Translations under genes and position numbers: made by a program
Assembly (NCBI RefSeq): GCF_006345805.1
Contig: NC_043017.1
Location: forward strand, 28,954,001 to 29,018,000
Direction: 5' to 3'
DNA length: 64,000 nucleotides
From: Octopus sinensis
Taxonomy: Eukaryota
The notes under the pieces: model-generated
What the model was told of the DNA's origin: nothing
What the model saw: the letters and a program-made list of their open reading frames with translations, nothing else
The model's database searches: none
Part shown: one piece after another, positions 38,387 through 52,066 of the stretch
Layout of the letters: each line of letters opens with the position of its first letter
Numbering within the stretch: position 1 is the stretch's first letter

Positions 38387-39012
38387 TGCATACATACTTA
38401 CATACATAAATACATACATACATAAATACATACATACAAGCATACATACATACAAGCATATATATATATATATACATAAATACATACTTACAAGCATATA
38501 TATATATATTATATAATATATATATATATATGCTTGTATGTATGTAAGTATGTATGCAATGCATGTATATGTTTATTGTATGCATATACATATATAAATA
38601 TATTCACATATATATATATATCCATATAGATGCGTGAATGCGTGGGTAAATGTTCATGGAGACGTCACACACATTTTTACATTTATTCTTGTACTCTTTC
38701 ATGTGGTTATTCAAATATGTTGTCTGCCTACATTGCATTATGGTCCATACGAGATCATAAATTTAAGCTAACTATCTCTGGAAATATATATATATTTTTT
38801 TTTCTTTTCGAAAACACACAGAAGAGATGTCATAGGAGTGGAGTGAAAGAGAGAAAGAGATGGGGGGGGGTGAAAAAGGAGAGGAAGAGAGAGAGAGAGG
38901 GAAAGAAAAAGGGTGCTAGAGCAAGAGAGAGAGAGAGGTATTGGATATGAACTATATGAGGACTGCAGGCATATACATGCATGCATACATGCATACATAC
39001 ATATATATATAC

Positions 39013-39048
<36 letters not shown>

Positions 39049-39403
39049 TTATGTATACATATATATATATGCACATATATATATGTATGTATACATATAT
39101 GCATACATATATATGCATATATATATATGTATGTATACATATATACATATATATACATATATGTATGCATATATATACATATGTATGTATACATATATAC
39201 ATATATACATATATATCTATGAAGGCCTTTGTATATATATATATATACATATATATGCATATATATATGCACATATATATGCATATATAATGTATGCATA
39301 TATATATATATGTGTGTGTATATATATATATATATTTATATTTATATAAATATACATATGTATAGATTTGTCTATCTATCTATATGCGCATGTATATATA
39401 CAC

Positions 39404-39446
<43 letters not shown>

Positions 39447-39447
39447 G

Positions 39448-39489
<42 letters not shown>

Positions 39490-39490
39490 G
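38325..39490. repeat. Two long TA/TACA/TATG low-complexity tracts with a GA-rich spacer
   Basis: Direct repeats; source of many YI/MY ORFs. Confidence 0.93.
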
Positions 39491-39829
39491 CCATCTGTGT
39501 GTGTATGGATGCGTATACATATGAGTATAAACAAGTATGTTCATAGCACTATTATAAATTCGTGTACACTTTAGGTAACGTAAGACATTCACTCGCATTA
39601 GTTATCCTACACATATCATATTGCTTAATGATATTTACATTTCCGTGTTATAATATACATTTAAATATACATTCGTTATAAATCTATTTGAAATTCATGA
39701 AAAATTCACAAAACTCATTTTAATTTGCAATTCAATTTTATTATTCAACCACTTTTAATACCGACATCATTCTTATCAACGTCGGAATCGGCGTAGTCGT
39801 CACCCCTCTTCATCGTCATCATTCACATC

Positions 39830-40001
39830 CTCCTTGTCCTCCACTTCCTCATCATCATTGTCATCATCACCAACATCATCGTGGTCGTTATTATCATCAT
39901 CATCCTCATCGCCTTCACCATCATCAAAACATTCACCATCATCATCATCATCATCACCACCACCATCACCACCACCACCACCACCACCACCACTATACCA
40001 C

Positions 40002-40048
<47 letters not shown>

Positions 40049-40200
40049 CCACCATCATCATCATCATCATCGCCATTATTACTCCAGAAACATTGTCATT
40101 ATTACACCATCAGCACAACCGCCATATCTACACACTCACCACTACCACCACCATCACCACCGCAACCAACAACAACTACAAAAAGACCACCACCATCTCT
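39830..40200. repeat. (CAT)n/(CAC)n compound microsatellite
   Basis: Direct repeats; poly-H/S/I ORFs are artefacts. Confidence 0.93.
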
Positions 40201-40440
40201 TGTCTATCCTTCCCCTTCTTACTCCCTTCTCCTCACCATCATATTAGCCACCATGTACAGTTTATCTTCATCATCCCCATACACTTTGTCTTCATCACGA
40301 TCATGATCCCATTATTATCTAAAATAATAAATGCCAAAACGAATTTCCGTGTATCAGTGTGTCACGCTTGATCTCCTCCATAGGGACGGTGAGGGTGGTA
40401 GTAGATTGACAGTTGAGATGGCAATGAGGTGATAGTAATA

Positions 40441-40654
40441 GTCGAGCTGCCAGAAACGTTAGCAAGCCGGGTGAAATGCTTTGTGGTACTTCGTCCGCCG
40501 CTGCGTTCTGAGTTCGACTTTGCCTTTCATGCTTTAGGAGCCGATAAATTAAGTACCAGTGATGCACTGGGGTCAATGTAATCGACCTAACCCCTTTGTC
40601 TGTCCTTGTTTGTTCCCTCTGTGTTTAGTCCCATGTGGGCAATAAAGAAATAAG
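40441..40654 (+). mobile_element. SINE family B with internal deletion
   Basis: Head, core and tail recognisable. Confidence 0.85.
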
Positions 40655-40759
40655 TAATATTATGAGCTGTAGTTGTGATAGAGGCGGAGGTGACGGTGAT
40701 GATGATGGTGGTAATGGTGGTAATACCTGAGGCGGTCAAGCATGACGTTAATAGTAAGG

Positions 40760-40951
40760 GATGTGAAAGACAGTGGTGTGGTGTTGGAGAAAGAATCCTA
40801 TCTGCTTCTTGCAATACATACATCAAAAGCAAAAAAATTCCAGAGGTCCTTAAAACATTGTTGATCCCCAATTTACTATTCTGTTACGTTCCCCCTCTCC
40901 AAATCTTATGGATTCTCAGGGGCCGTATAGACCCCGCTTGAAAACCACTGG
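40760..40951. mobile_element. hAT-type MITE fragment (right end)
   Basis: Ends in CTTGAAAACCACTG, the complement of the TIR at 36705; 40790-40855 recurs at 45816-45885. Confidence 0.65.
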
Positions 40952-40959
40952 TACAAATA

Positions 40960-41400
40960 TACTGCACATGTGAAGTCTACAGGTGGAAGATATGTAAATA
41001 TTTATATGAAATTCAAGTATCTAAAACGACCTGATCGTGTCATAACGGAGAAAGAAAGGAACGTCGTAAAGGTGTTAGAGAAAACAGTTCCCTGGGAAGT
41101 AAACATCGCAGCTGCTTTTCTCTCAAATGAAAGAAAATACAGGTCGATGGTTGATCTCTGTGAAAACATTTCATGGGTTTAATAGGATTTCTTGTAGAAA
41201 TAGGTGTTAGAGGATATTTTGGAACCAGGTTTGACTCGATGCTCAGGAGTTTTTAATTAGCTGTGAAGGACGGAATAAAGTTTGACAGAAGGTTGTCGAA
41301 ATCGGTAGAGAAAGCAAGACATTACATCGAGCTCAAAAGGGATGATGGCAGATTCGGAAAGTACAAGCATTGTACATGGGACGATTATCTGGTACAATGT
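40960..41400 (+). mobile_element. HERO-like non-LTR retrotransposon relic (restriction-like endonuclease)
   Basis: KRPDRVITEKERNVVKVLEKTVPWEVNIAAAFLSNERKYRSMVDLCENISW / GFLVEIGVRGY...LSKSVEKARHYIELKR resembles the RPD..ELTVPWE..KY..PVEVGCRGF..W.WLKR pattern I recall for HERO-clade elements. Confidence 0.75.
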
Positions 41401-42669
41401 CGCAGTATCTGACACCACAAAATTGGTCCTTTTGCTTGGGTGATTTGTCACTTACATCGGTGGGTGACCCTGGGTTTCTTTGTCGTCGCAGAGGAAGGGG
41501 GCCTAAGCGCCTACAAAGTTGCTTCACTGCCTGATGAGATATCGACTCATACATGTTGAGAAAGATGACAAGGTCACACTCAACACACATCTTTCGAAGT
41601 GTGATGCATCTCAATGTCTTTGATTAATTTGTCGCATGACTTTCGTCATGAGTAATTTCATAACCGTGCCTTTCCCTCGTGAATTTACAGCAGATAGTAA
41701 TTTTATTGGAAGATAATATCGTCAAAAGATCAATAGAGTAGCGGCATATTCATGCATACTTTAAATATATCGTCATAAATTCATCGTGATATATTTTTAT
41801 ACGTAGAGTAAATTACAACGCTAAACGCTGTTTCAAGTATTTTTTTTTATTTGCATTCGAAAAGCAAATAATCTCATTTCACTGACAATAAAAAGTTATA
41901 TATTAAAAAACAAAAAGATTTTTATATATAACATGTTTTGAAAATATATATGAACTAATATCAATGCTGCTGTTTAGTGTTTAAACTAGAATCACAAAAT
42001 ATTAGTATAAAAGCATAACACATTTTTTTTTTAATTGAAGAAAAGAGAACATCTTAAAAAGACGAAATATAATCCGGTATCTCACAATATTGATATTCAT
42101 CAGTTATGAATTTAATGCTTCCTGCACGATTTTCTTTCAACTATGTGGATTTTCTGCATCGGCAAAAATACTACCACGTTGGTATTTTTTTTCCCGTAGC
42201 TTCATTTATTTCAAAATTGTTAATGATCAAAAGGATTATAGGAAATATTCTTTTGGTTCTGTTTTTTTTTTTTTTTTGCTTTGTGAATTTTCTTCCTTTA
42301 TTTCTATTTATTTTTCGAATGAAAAATGCATTAATAACTTTTCTACCGAAGTATTTATAAAACTAGTTGAAATAGTCATTGATAAAATCAAACACAAATA
42401 TCTGTTCGGTTGCTATATGGAAAAGAAAGCTATTTGGCAAAGCGATTGACGTTTCTCTGTAGAGTGAAAGAATGGGGTCTGACATATTCAATGGATTTCG
42501 TAAGACGAAAGCAAACCAAGTATAACCGGTTTTGTTGATGATGCAATCATCTGTGAAAGTTTTTATAATATGCAGAATCTAGAGAAGAAACCAAAGTTGC
42601 ATTACACGATTCTCTAAACGATGTACAAACAGTAGCTGTACGACAATGTGAAGTATATTTGCCACTTAA

Positions 42670-42765
42670 ATGTGGCTAACCACATGTGGTTAGATGCTAC
42701 TGTAGATTGTAGCCCCAGGAGAACATCTCCAGCTGGCTATTGACACACTTTCTGTGCTCTTTCAG
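42670..42765 (+). repeat. Dispersed repeat (copy 2 of 3988-4100)
   Basis: Sequence similarity as described for copy 1. Confidence 0.7.
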
Positions 42766-43994
42766 TATTTGTAAAGGGAAGCCATCCTTCCCATCGTCGA
42801 CCTGACGTGATACGCACGGACCCGAGTTTCTGGGTATTTACACGTCGTCAGCGCACAACAATCATTATATGATTGTTATGAAAAAAATGCATGCTCCCTA
42901 CAACTTATACTCGCCAAACAAACAAACAAATTATTTAGGGGTAGGTAAGATTAAGAGCTACACTGAATAGGGGAAGTTTCGATAACTTCAACTGTTGCAT
43001 GTAACAATTCATATTTACCAAGCGTTTCTGATTAGGAATGCCACTACATGGAGAGAAAAAAAACAGAAATAGGGGAACAGAAAATAACAATCATCAATAA
43101 ATAAACCATGATATATAACATGTTCCTCTCCATGGAATACATGTGGCATATCAATTTTAAGATCGTCTAAATGTGAGACATTTAGAAATACACCATCGAA
43201 TTACACTTATACTCGCATAAATATATGTATATGTATTAGTATATACTAAACATTTGTGCTATATATTCAATAGCAAATAGTTGCTGTGAATATGTGAATG
43301 GGAATTGCAATCATTAATTTCTAATCACTGAAGCTGTCAGTAGTATATACATAGTGCATCGGGTTTTTGAGTTCCTTTGTATGAATTAAGAAAAAGCCGC
43401 ATAGCTCATAAAACGAAAGTGAAAGTTGAAAAATTCTTACAAATAATCCAAAGAATTGTTTTATCATACTTATCTAATGACTCCGTTTTTAGCACCAATG
43501 GTTGCTTCAGTAAGGGATCAGACCGAGTCAGATGATCTTTATCAATTTTTATATAGTGCTGGTTATCAATTTTAACATAGTGGTGGTTATGGCCTACTTC
43601 AGAAATTGAATAGTATTATGAAGATATCACCGACTTGCCTCACTCTCTATTACGAACCATATATAATAATCCAGTGGGTTGAGGTATCGTGAGCTAGGGC
43701 GGGAGGCATGTGCCTGGAAAACGCGATCCTGGAGATAGGAACACATTCACGCATTGGTTGTTCTAGCTTTGTGACACAGCGCAGTTTGCCACCCGTTGCG
43801 TACACTCCTGCGTTTTTCTCATCGGAGAAAACCAAAGAAAAAGAAAAAGGTAATTCTGGTACTAGGTGTTTTAACTAGTTTAGCACGCGCTTTGCATGGG
43901 TTGAACGAGTCTCTCTTGTCGCAGCCGACATAAATGGATCACTCCGCATCACATACGACACGTAACGGATGATTTCATGCAGAACACACTTATG

Positions 43995-44001
43995 TCTTGC
44001 A

Positions 44002-44057
<56 letters not shown>

Positions 44058-44196
44058 CATATATATATATATATATATACATATATATATGTATATATGT
44101 ATATGTATATATATGTATATATATATGTGTGTGTAATATATATATATTATATATATATATATATATATTATATATAACATATATATATATACATAC

Positions 44197-44232
<36 letters not shown>

Positions 44233-44435
44233 TATATATGTATATGTATATATATGTATATATATATGTATATAAATATATATATATATATGTATGTATA
44301 GATATAGATATATATATGTATATATATATATATATATATACATACATATATATATTTATATATATATTATATGTATATATATAATATGTATATACATACA
44401 TATATATATTTATATATATATATGCACATATATAC
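43995..44435. repeat. (TA)n-rich microsatellite
   Basis: Long imperfect TA run. Confidence 0.95.
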
Positions 44436-45082
44436 ATGTATATTAAAATTTCTTATCGTTATATATCCTACCCAACTCATGTATTGTCTGTGTATATTTT
44501 CATTTCTCTACTTCAATCAGAAAGCGTCTCTTTCTGTCTGCTTCTACATATGTCTGTTTTATATATCCAGATCTTATCGAAAACTAAAGCATTGTAACTT
44601 TCGAAGGAATATATTCCACTATAATCCTTTCAGATAAGCTGAGATCAGACATTGTAACTACATTATTGATTTATAAAGAGAAATTTTTATCATTTTTATC
44701 GATGCCCATTTTTAGAATCTGGTAAAGTTTTAGTTAAGATTCGTAGGATTAAATATATTGTCAGGACGTAATAACATAACTTTTTTTCTTAACGCCAGAA
44801 CACATTTGCAATCAGATTTGAGAAAGAATGTTGAATGCAATAAACAAATATTACAGACTTCAACATATTGTTCATATGATTAAATCTAGAATTATGACGA
44901 ATGAAATTTTCTATTGCAGGTGAAAATTGGAAAAGTGTGTTCTTAAAATGGAATAAGAATCGTGTTTTCTACAACGCCATGTAGTCAAAATTAAATGTAG
45001 CAGGAATATAGCAACGTTGGCTACTAAAAGCTTTGGTGTTGAGTTGTACATATATGCGTGTGTCTGTGTACGCGTATGTATG

Positions 45083-45301
45083 CTCTTTACTCTTTTACTC
45101 TTTTACTGTTTCAATTGTTTCAGTCATTTGACTGCGGCCATACTGGAGCACCGCTTTTCGTCGACCAAATCGACCCCAGGATTTATTTTTTGTAAGCCTA
45201 GTACATATTCTATAGGTATCTTTTGCCGAACTGCTAATTTACGCGGGGAGGCGTAAACACACCAGTATCGGTTGTGAAGGGGTGTTGGAGGAAAAAACAC
45301 A

Positions 45302-45339
<38 letters not shown>

Positions 45340-45553
45340 AACACACACACACACACATATATTATATATATATATGTACATATACATATATACGACGGAC
45401 TTCTTTCAGTTTCCATCTACCAAATCGACTCACAAGTCTTTGGACTGCCCGAGACTATAGTAGAAGACAGTTGCCCAATGGGCCACGCAGTGGGACTGGA
45501 TATGGAATCATGTGATTGGTAAGGAAGCTACTTACCACACAGCCACTCCTGCG
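45083..45553 (-). mobile_element. SINE family A, diverged full length
   Basis: Matches the consensus with many substitutions. Confidence 0.9.
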
Positions 45554-45896
45554 TGCCTGTATGTGTATGCTATAAATACTGTTGGTCGTTGCCGCGCGAG
45601 AGAACCCTTCATTGTCAACATCTAGGAACATAAACTGATATTGTAACCGGTATTGCTCTACTAAAAGCAAATTATTTAATAGGTCATTAGTGTTGCCTCT
45701 GCTACAACTCGTAATGATCACATGTTAAAGACAGCGGTGTGGTGATGAGGGGAAAGCCGGCGAAATCAAAAGTGTTGATGGTGGTGGCGTCAAAAATCTA
45801 CGTAAAATAAACGATGTTGGAGAAAGAATCCTATCTGTATCTTGCAATACATATATCAAAAGCAAAAATTTCCAGAGGTCCTTATTTTAAAACAGC

Positions 45897-46131
45897 TATT
45901 CTGTTGTGTCTGGAGAGAGTCATTCTCTTTTAGTGCCTTATTATTTAACACACTCACCGGTAAAATTTCCACTTATTTATTTTTTTTATAGTCAAAACTA
46001 TTAAAAAGGTTGCAAGACGCAACGTAAATTTAAGGACAATAAAAATAATAAATCAGTGGAAATTTTACAGGTGAGTGTGTTATATTATAAGGCACAAAAA
46101 GCAAATGTCGCTCCCCAGACACAACAGAATA
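45897..46131. mobile_element. MITE with about 85-bp terminal inverted repeats
   Basis: ATTCTGTTGTGTCTGG...TAACACACTCACC.GTAAAATTTCCACT mirrored at the right end; TA at both termini (Tc1/mariner-like). Confidence 0.8.
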
Positions 46132-46457
46132 TGCTTCAACACACGAACTCACATAAAGAATCTTGCAAACCAAATCCAAAAACGAAATAAAACAGCTATG
46201 TTCTATCTTTAAACTTGACATTTACCGTCTAATTCTCTTCATTCGGGATGTTGTAAACTCGGACATATTCCGTGGTTATCGTGGTCGTCACTGACCATCA
46301 AAACTCTGAGCGATTACATACGTTTCCGTATGAACTCAGTAAGTAATGCAAGCTGCAAAATTGAGGAGGGTCGCAAACGATGTCTCTTACTCACAACATC
46401 GAAGGGCATGAGAAGCGCCAAACAAATCTCAGTCTCATATCGTTGCTCTCCTTGATA

Positions 46458-46755
46458 ATTTATTTATTTATGCGCCCTTTTCAAGCCTAGCAAGGCTCAT
46501 GGGCCCGTTTTCCTGGTTTCTATGCCGTTCGTGGACGCCAGTCCATCGCAGCGTTATTCAAGAAACAGGAAGAAAGAGTGAGAAAAAGTTGGAACGAAAG
46601 AGTACAACAGGGGTCGCCACCACCCCCTGCTGGAGACTCGTGGAGCTTTTTGTTGTTTTCACTCAATAAACACACACAACACCCGGTCTGAGAATCGAAA
46701 CCGCGATCCTCCGGGCGCGAGTCCGCTGCCCTAACCACTGGACCATTGCACCTCC
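46458..46755 (-). mobile_element. SINE family C, tail type 2
   Basis: C head and body, then CCAGGAAAACGGGCCCATGAGCCTTGCTAGGCTTGAAAAGGGCGCA(TAAA)n. Confidence 0.87.
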
Positions 46756-47399
46756 ACCTCGTTGATAATAAACCATATATTATTTCACACGGCTCTCAGA
46801 GCTTCATTTAATTGCACGTTTGAAACCCTTTTCAGATTCTCTACCCGAATTCAAAAGATTCATTGATACACAACTATCTGGTTTTTGTTCCTTCTTTAAA
46901 GATACATGGCAAGGAGGCAGACTCTTTTGTGATATACTTCTCCCATATTCTATCGTATTTTTCTGTATTGTGGATAACAATTTATATATCGCTTATACTG
47001 CACAAAATAGCGAAACTGCAATTATATTCTAGAATTTTCAATTATTATCTCTATTTTCCAAAAGCGTTCTTGTGATTAACGTCCTTTAATTCAATAGTAA
47101 TTATTTTTTGTTTGCTACTTCTTCAATTTCTCTTTCTGTTTTCACATTTTTCCAGAACCTGAAAAGTCTTATGAGAGAAAAATCATTGCCAAATTATATG
47201 ATATTACGGGTGATGAGATTAGTATCATCGGCCCATGATGATACTTTATACTAAGAAATTATGTTGAAATGAATGTAAAAGAATGTAGAAATTGATGGGA
47301 AAATTCTAACCTCATCGATACATGTACATCAAAAGACAAATGAATAGAAATGCATTAATAACAGTAATTCACAATAGTACGAATGATGATCATTTCTAT

Positions 47400-48238
47400 T
47401 ATAGGCACAAGGCTTGGATTTGGAGGTGAAGGGGACGGTTGATCACATCGACCCCAGTAATTGACTGATACTTAATTTTTTGATCCCGAAAGTCGATCTC
47501 GGTGGAATTATAACTCTGACCGTAACCACGGGCGAAATACTTATTTCTTTATTGCCCACAAGGGGCTAAACATAGAGGGGACAAACAAGGACAGACAAAC
47601 GAATTAAGTCGACTATATCGATCCCAGTGCGTAAGTGGTGCTTAATTTATCGACCCTGAAAGGATGAAAGGCAAAGTAGACCTCGGCGGAATTTGAACTC
47701 AGAAGGTAGCGGCAGACGAAATACCTATTTCTTTATTACCCACAAGGGGCTAAACACAGAGGGGACAAACAAGGACAGACATAGGTATTAAGTCGATTAC
47801 ATCGACCCCAATGCGTAACTGGTACTTAATTTATCGACCCCGAAAGTATGAAAGGCAAAGTCGACCTCGGCGGAATTTGAACTCACAACGTAACGCAGAC
47901 GAAATACCGCTAAGCATTTCGCCCGGCGTGCTAAAGTTTCTGCCAGCTCGCGGCCTTATGCAGACGAAATAGCGTTAAGTATTTTGTCCGGTGAGCTAAC
48001 GATTCTGCGAGATGGCCAACTTAACAATGATGATAATAATAACGGTTTCAAATTTTGGAAAAAAGACCAACAATTTCGGGTGGGGGTGGAGAAGTCCATT
48101 GCATCGTCAACAGTGCTCAACTGGTACTTATGTTGTTGATATCGAAAGGATGAAAATCAAATTCGACCACGGCGGAATTTGAACTCAGAACATAAGAAGA
48201 GGCGAGATGCCGCTAAACATTTTCTCCGGTATGCTAAC
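47400..48238 (-). mobile_element. Cluster of SINE B/B2 units including a head-to-tail multimer
   Basis: Repeated core; junction GACGAAATACCTATTTCTTT at about 47715. Confidence 0.88.
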
Positions 48239-48650
48239 TCTCTTTTACTCTTTTACTTGTTTCAGTCATTTGACTGTGGCCATGCTGGAGCACCGCCTTT
48301 AGTCGAGCAAATCGACCCCGGGACTTATTCTTTGTAAGCCCAGTACTTATTCTATCGGTCTCTTTTGCCTAACCGCTAAGTAACGGGGACGTAAGCACAC
48401 TAGCATCGGTTGTCAAGCAATGCTAGGGGGACAAACACAGACACACAATCACACACATACGTATATATATATATATATACATATATACGACAGGCTTCTT
48501 TCAGTTTCCGTCTACCAAATCCACTCACAAGGCATTAGTCGGCCCGGGGTTATAGCAGAAGACACTTGCCCAAGATGCCACGCAGTGGGACTGAACCCGC
48601 AACCATGTGGTTGGTTAGCAAGCTACTTACCACACAGCTACTCCTGCGCC
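48239..48650 (-). mobile_element. SINE family A nested in a SINE B head
   Basis: Full-length A copy; CTAAC repeated on both sides. Confidence 0.93.
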
Positions 48651-48656
48651 TAACGA

Positions 48657-48887
48657 TTCTTATTTCTTTATTGCCCACAAGGGGCTAAAGAGAGAGAGAG
48701 GACAAACAAGGAAAGACAAACGGATTAAGTCGATTATATCGACCCCAGTGTGTAACTGGTACTTAATTTATCGACCCCGAAAGGATGAAAAGCAAAGTCG
48801 ACTTCAGCGGAACTTGAACTCAGAACGTAACTGCAGACGAAATACTGTTAAACATTTCGCTCGGCGTGCTAACGTTTCTGCCAGTTC
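48657..48887 (-). mobile_element. SINE family B monomer
   Basis: Matches the consensus. Confidence 0.92.
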
Positions 48888-48974
48888 AATAATAATAATA
48901 ATAATATAATAATAATCTATATAGTTGTTATACAAACAAGAGCAGCAGATCAAAGTACAGGAGACAGGTTAGAA

Positions 48975-49093
48975 AAAGTGGGAGAAGAAGAAGAAGAAGA
49001 AGAAGAAGAAGAAAAGAAGAAGAAAGTAGAAGAAAAAAGAGAAAAAAGAAGTAGAAGAGGAAACAGAAGAAGAATAAGAAAAAGTAGAAGAAA

Positions 49094-49125
<32 letters not shown>

Positions 49126-49415
49126 GAAGAAGAAAAAAGAAGAAGAAAAAAGAAGAAGAAGAAGAAGAAAAAAGTAGAAGAAAAAGTAGAAGAAAAAGAA
49201 GAAGAAGAAAGAGAAGAAGAAGAAAAAAGTAGAAGAAAAAGTAGAAGAAAAAGTAGAAGAAGAAGAAGAAGAAGAAGAGGGAGAAAAAGAAGTAGACGAA
49301 AAAAGTAGAAGAAAAAAGTAGAAGAAAAAGAAAAAGAAGAAGAAGAAGAAGAAGAAGAAGAAGAAGAAAAAGAAAAAGAAGAAGAAGAAGAAGAGAAGAA
49401 GAAGAAAAGAAGAAG
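48975..49415. repeat. (GAA)n-based polypurine tract
   Basis: About 440 bp almost entirely purine on the plus strand; recurring AAAAGTAGAAG variant. Confidence 0.95.
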
Positions 49416-50402
49416 CGGAGGCGGGACGATGGGGGAAGGAAACAAACAAGAAGGCATGAAAGAAAGAAGGAAAAAGGAAAACGGGAAGAAAGCTTATAGA
49501 GATGTGTCGACAAGATGGAGGCTTGATGTTGATGGTTTCGGTAAAATGTATTAGAGAGGGGGAAAATATGTAAGAATGAAACCAATAAGACACTCCTCGC
49601 CCCCCCCCCCCCAAAAAAAAAATCATTCGTGATACATACACACGCAAAATGTAAACAAACACAAAAAGACAACGCTCGAAATAGAGTAAGGTATTTAATA
49701 CGTCTCGTATCTTTTATTATGGATACGAATGTATAATTACATTTATGTTCGGCAGCATGTCTTAAGACTAGTAACCGACATAATATCTTTCTACAAAATG
49801 GACAAACATGTCTCACAGAATAAATGCATAAATATCGATTACATTTGCCTTTCACTCTCTCACACTCTCGCTCTTTCTCTATCTCTCTCTCGCTCTTTTT
49901 CTCTCGCTCTCTATCTCTCTCTTTATTTATCTCTACCTATCTATTTATCTATCTCTATCTCTACCTCTCTCCATGATTATGAATATTTATTCCTTTTCTT
50001 ATTGATTTCTAATACATTTATTATCTTATAACTATTTTTGATACCTAATTTGGTTTTTGATGAGGTTGGCTCTATGTTGAGTTAGACGTATATCATTACC
50101 TTATTACCTTAGTTTTATCCGTTTCTTTAAGCAATATACTTCATGTGATTCAAAGCAAACAGCAAAAAATATTCTTTATTGGACTCAATAATGGTTTCAA
50201 ATTTTAGCACAAGGTCAGCAATTCTAGTGGAAGATGTAAGACGGTATCATCGATCCATGTGCTTGACTGGTACGTAATTTATCGACCCCGGAATTATGAA
50301 AGGCAAAGCCGGCAGCAGTGGAGTTTGTAGAGTTAATAATACAAAGATGAATTCATTGTTGTGCCATCAGGCCAATATTGTTGTGTTCTATTTCTAAATA
50401 CC

Positions 50403-50633
50403 TACTTCTTTATTACCCACAAGTGGCTAAACACAGAGGGGACAAACAAGGACAGACATAGGTATTAAGTAGATTACATCGACCCCAGTGCGTAACTGGT
50501 ACATAATTTATCGACCCCGAAAGGATGAAAGGCAAAGTCGACCTCGGCGGAATTTGAACTCACAACGTAACGCAGACGAAATACCGGTAAGCATTTCGCC
50601 CGGCGTGCTAACGTTTCAGCCAGCTCGCCGCCT
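50403..50633 (-). mobile_element. SINE family B monomer with 12-bp TSD
   Basis: TTTCTAAATACC at 50391-50402 and 50634-50645. Confidence 0.93.
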
Positions 50634-50869
50634 TTTCTAAATACCACAATGCAGTGTATCCTGCTACCCTCTGTTGGCTGAGAAGGGCAGGCAGTGCTTA
50701 TCATGGTGAACCAAATTCAAAGGGAACAAGGCTTACACTTTCCTCTCCATCAATATTTTCGAGTTTCACGTGAAAAACGAAAGTGTCGGTGTAGATGGAA
50801 ATATTCCCCTCCAGGAAATATGTCGAAAAGTGAAGGACAAAAGTAAACGGCCGTATTTTCTACTGGAAG

Positions 50870-51415
50870 CACGAAGCTTCAAATTTCGGGGAAGGTACTG
50901 AAACGATTACATCGATCCTAGTGCGTAACTGATACTTATTTAATCGAACCCGAAAGCATGAAAGGCAAAATAAACTGCTGTGCAATTTGAACTCAGAACG
51001 TAGCGCAGACGAAATAACTATTTCTTTACTACCCACTAGGAGCTAAACGCAGAAGGGACAAACAAGGACAGACAAATGGATTAAGTCGATTATATCGACA
51101 CCAGTGCGTAACTGGTCCTTATTTAATTGAACCCGAAGGGATGAATAGCAAAATCGACCACTGCAAAATTTGAACTCAGAACGTAGCGGCAGACAAAATA
51201 CCTATTGCTATTCCTTTACTACCCACAAGGGGCTAAACACATAGGGAACAGACAAGGACAGAGAAACGGATTAAGTCGATTACATCGACCCCAGTGTGTA
51301 ACTGGTACTTAATATATCGACCCCGAAAGGATGAAAGTCAAAGTCGACCTCGGCGGAATTTGAACACAGAACGCAGCGGCGGATGAAATACCTATTTCTT
51401 TACTACACACAAGGT
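50870..51415 (-). mobile_element. SINE family B tandem multimer (about 3 units)
   Basis: About 185-bp units joined at GAAATA(C/A)CTATTTC-like junctions near 51010, 51198 and 51385. Confidence 0.88.
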
Positions 51416-51529
51416 AATAATATACATCTAACTTAACATACAGCCAATCTTCATTTACGCCTAGCAGCAAATTCACAGCCGTAATAATGTTCCTAGGTTT
51501 CTTTTTTATTAAGCCATTTTTGTAATTTA

Positions 51530-51560
51530 CGTATTATTATTATTATTACTAATATTATTA

Positions 51561-51600
<40 letters not shown>

Positions 51601-51614
51601 TACTAATATTATTA

Positions 51615-51655
<41 letters not shown>

Positions 51656-51870
51656 TTATTATTATTATTATTATTATTATTATATTATATTATTATTATT
51701 ATTATTTTTATTATTATTATTATTATTATTATTGTTATTATTATTATGTTATTATTATTATTATTACTACTAATATTATTATTGTTATTATTATTATTAT
51801 TATTATTATATTATTATTATTATTATTATATTATTATTATTATTATTATTATTTTATTATTATTATATTA

Positions 51871-51914
<44 letters not shown>

Positions 51915-51929
51915 TTATTATTATATTAT

Positions 51930-51961
<32 letters not shown>

Positions 51962-51997
51962 CTAATATTATTATTGTTATTATTATTATTATTATTA

Positions 51998-52064
<67 letters not shown>

Positions 52065-52066
52065 TT
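51530..52066. repeat. (ATT)n array with higher-order structure
   Basis: ACTA(CTA)ATATTATTATTGTT recurs about 4 times within the ATT array. Confidence 0.95.

Noticed and set aside
48928-49855. The longest ORFs in the track (244 and 301 aa) and the E/K/R-rich plus ORF
   Set aside because: They arise from the (GAA/TTC)n tract, which lacks stop codons by composition.
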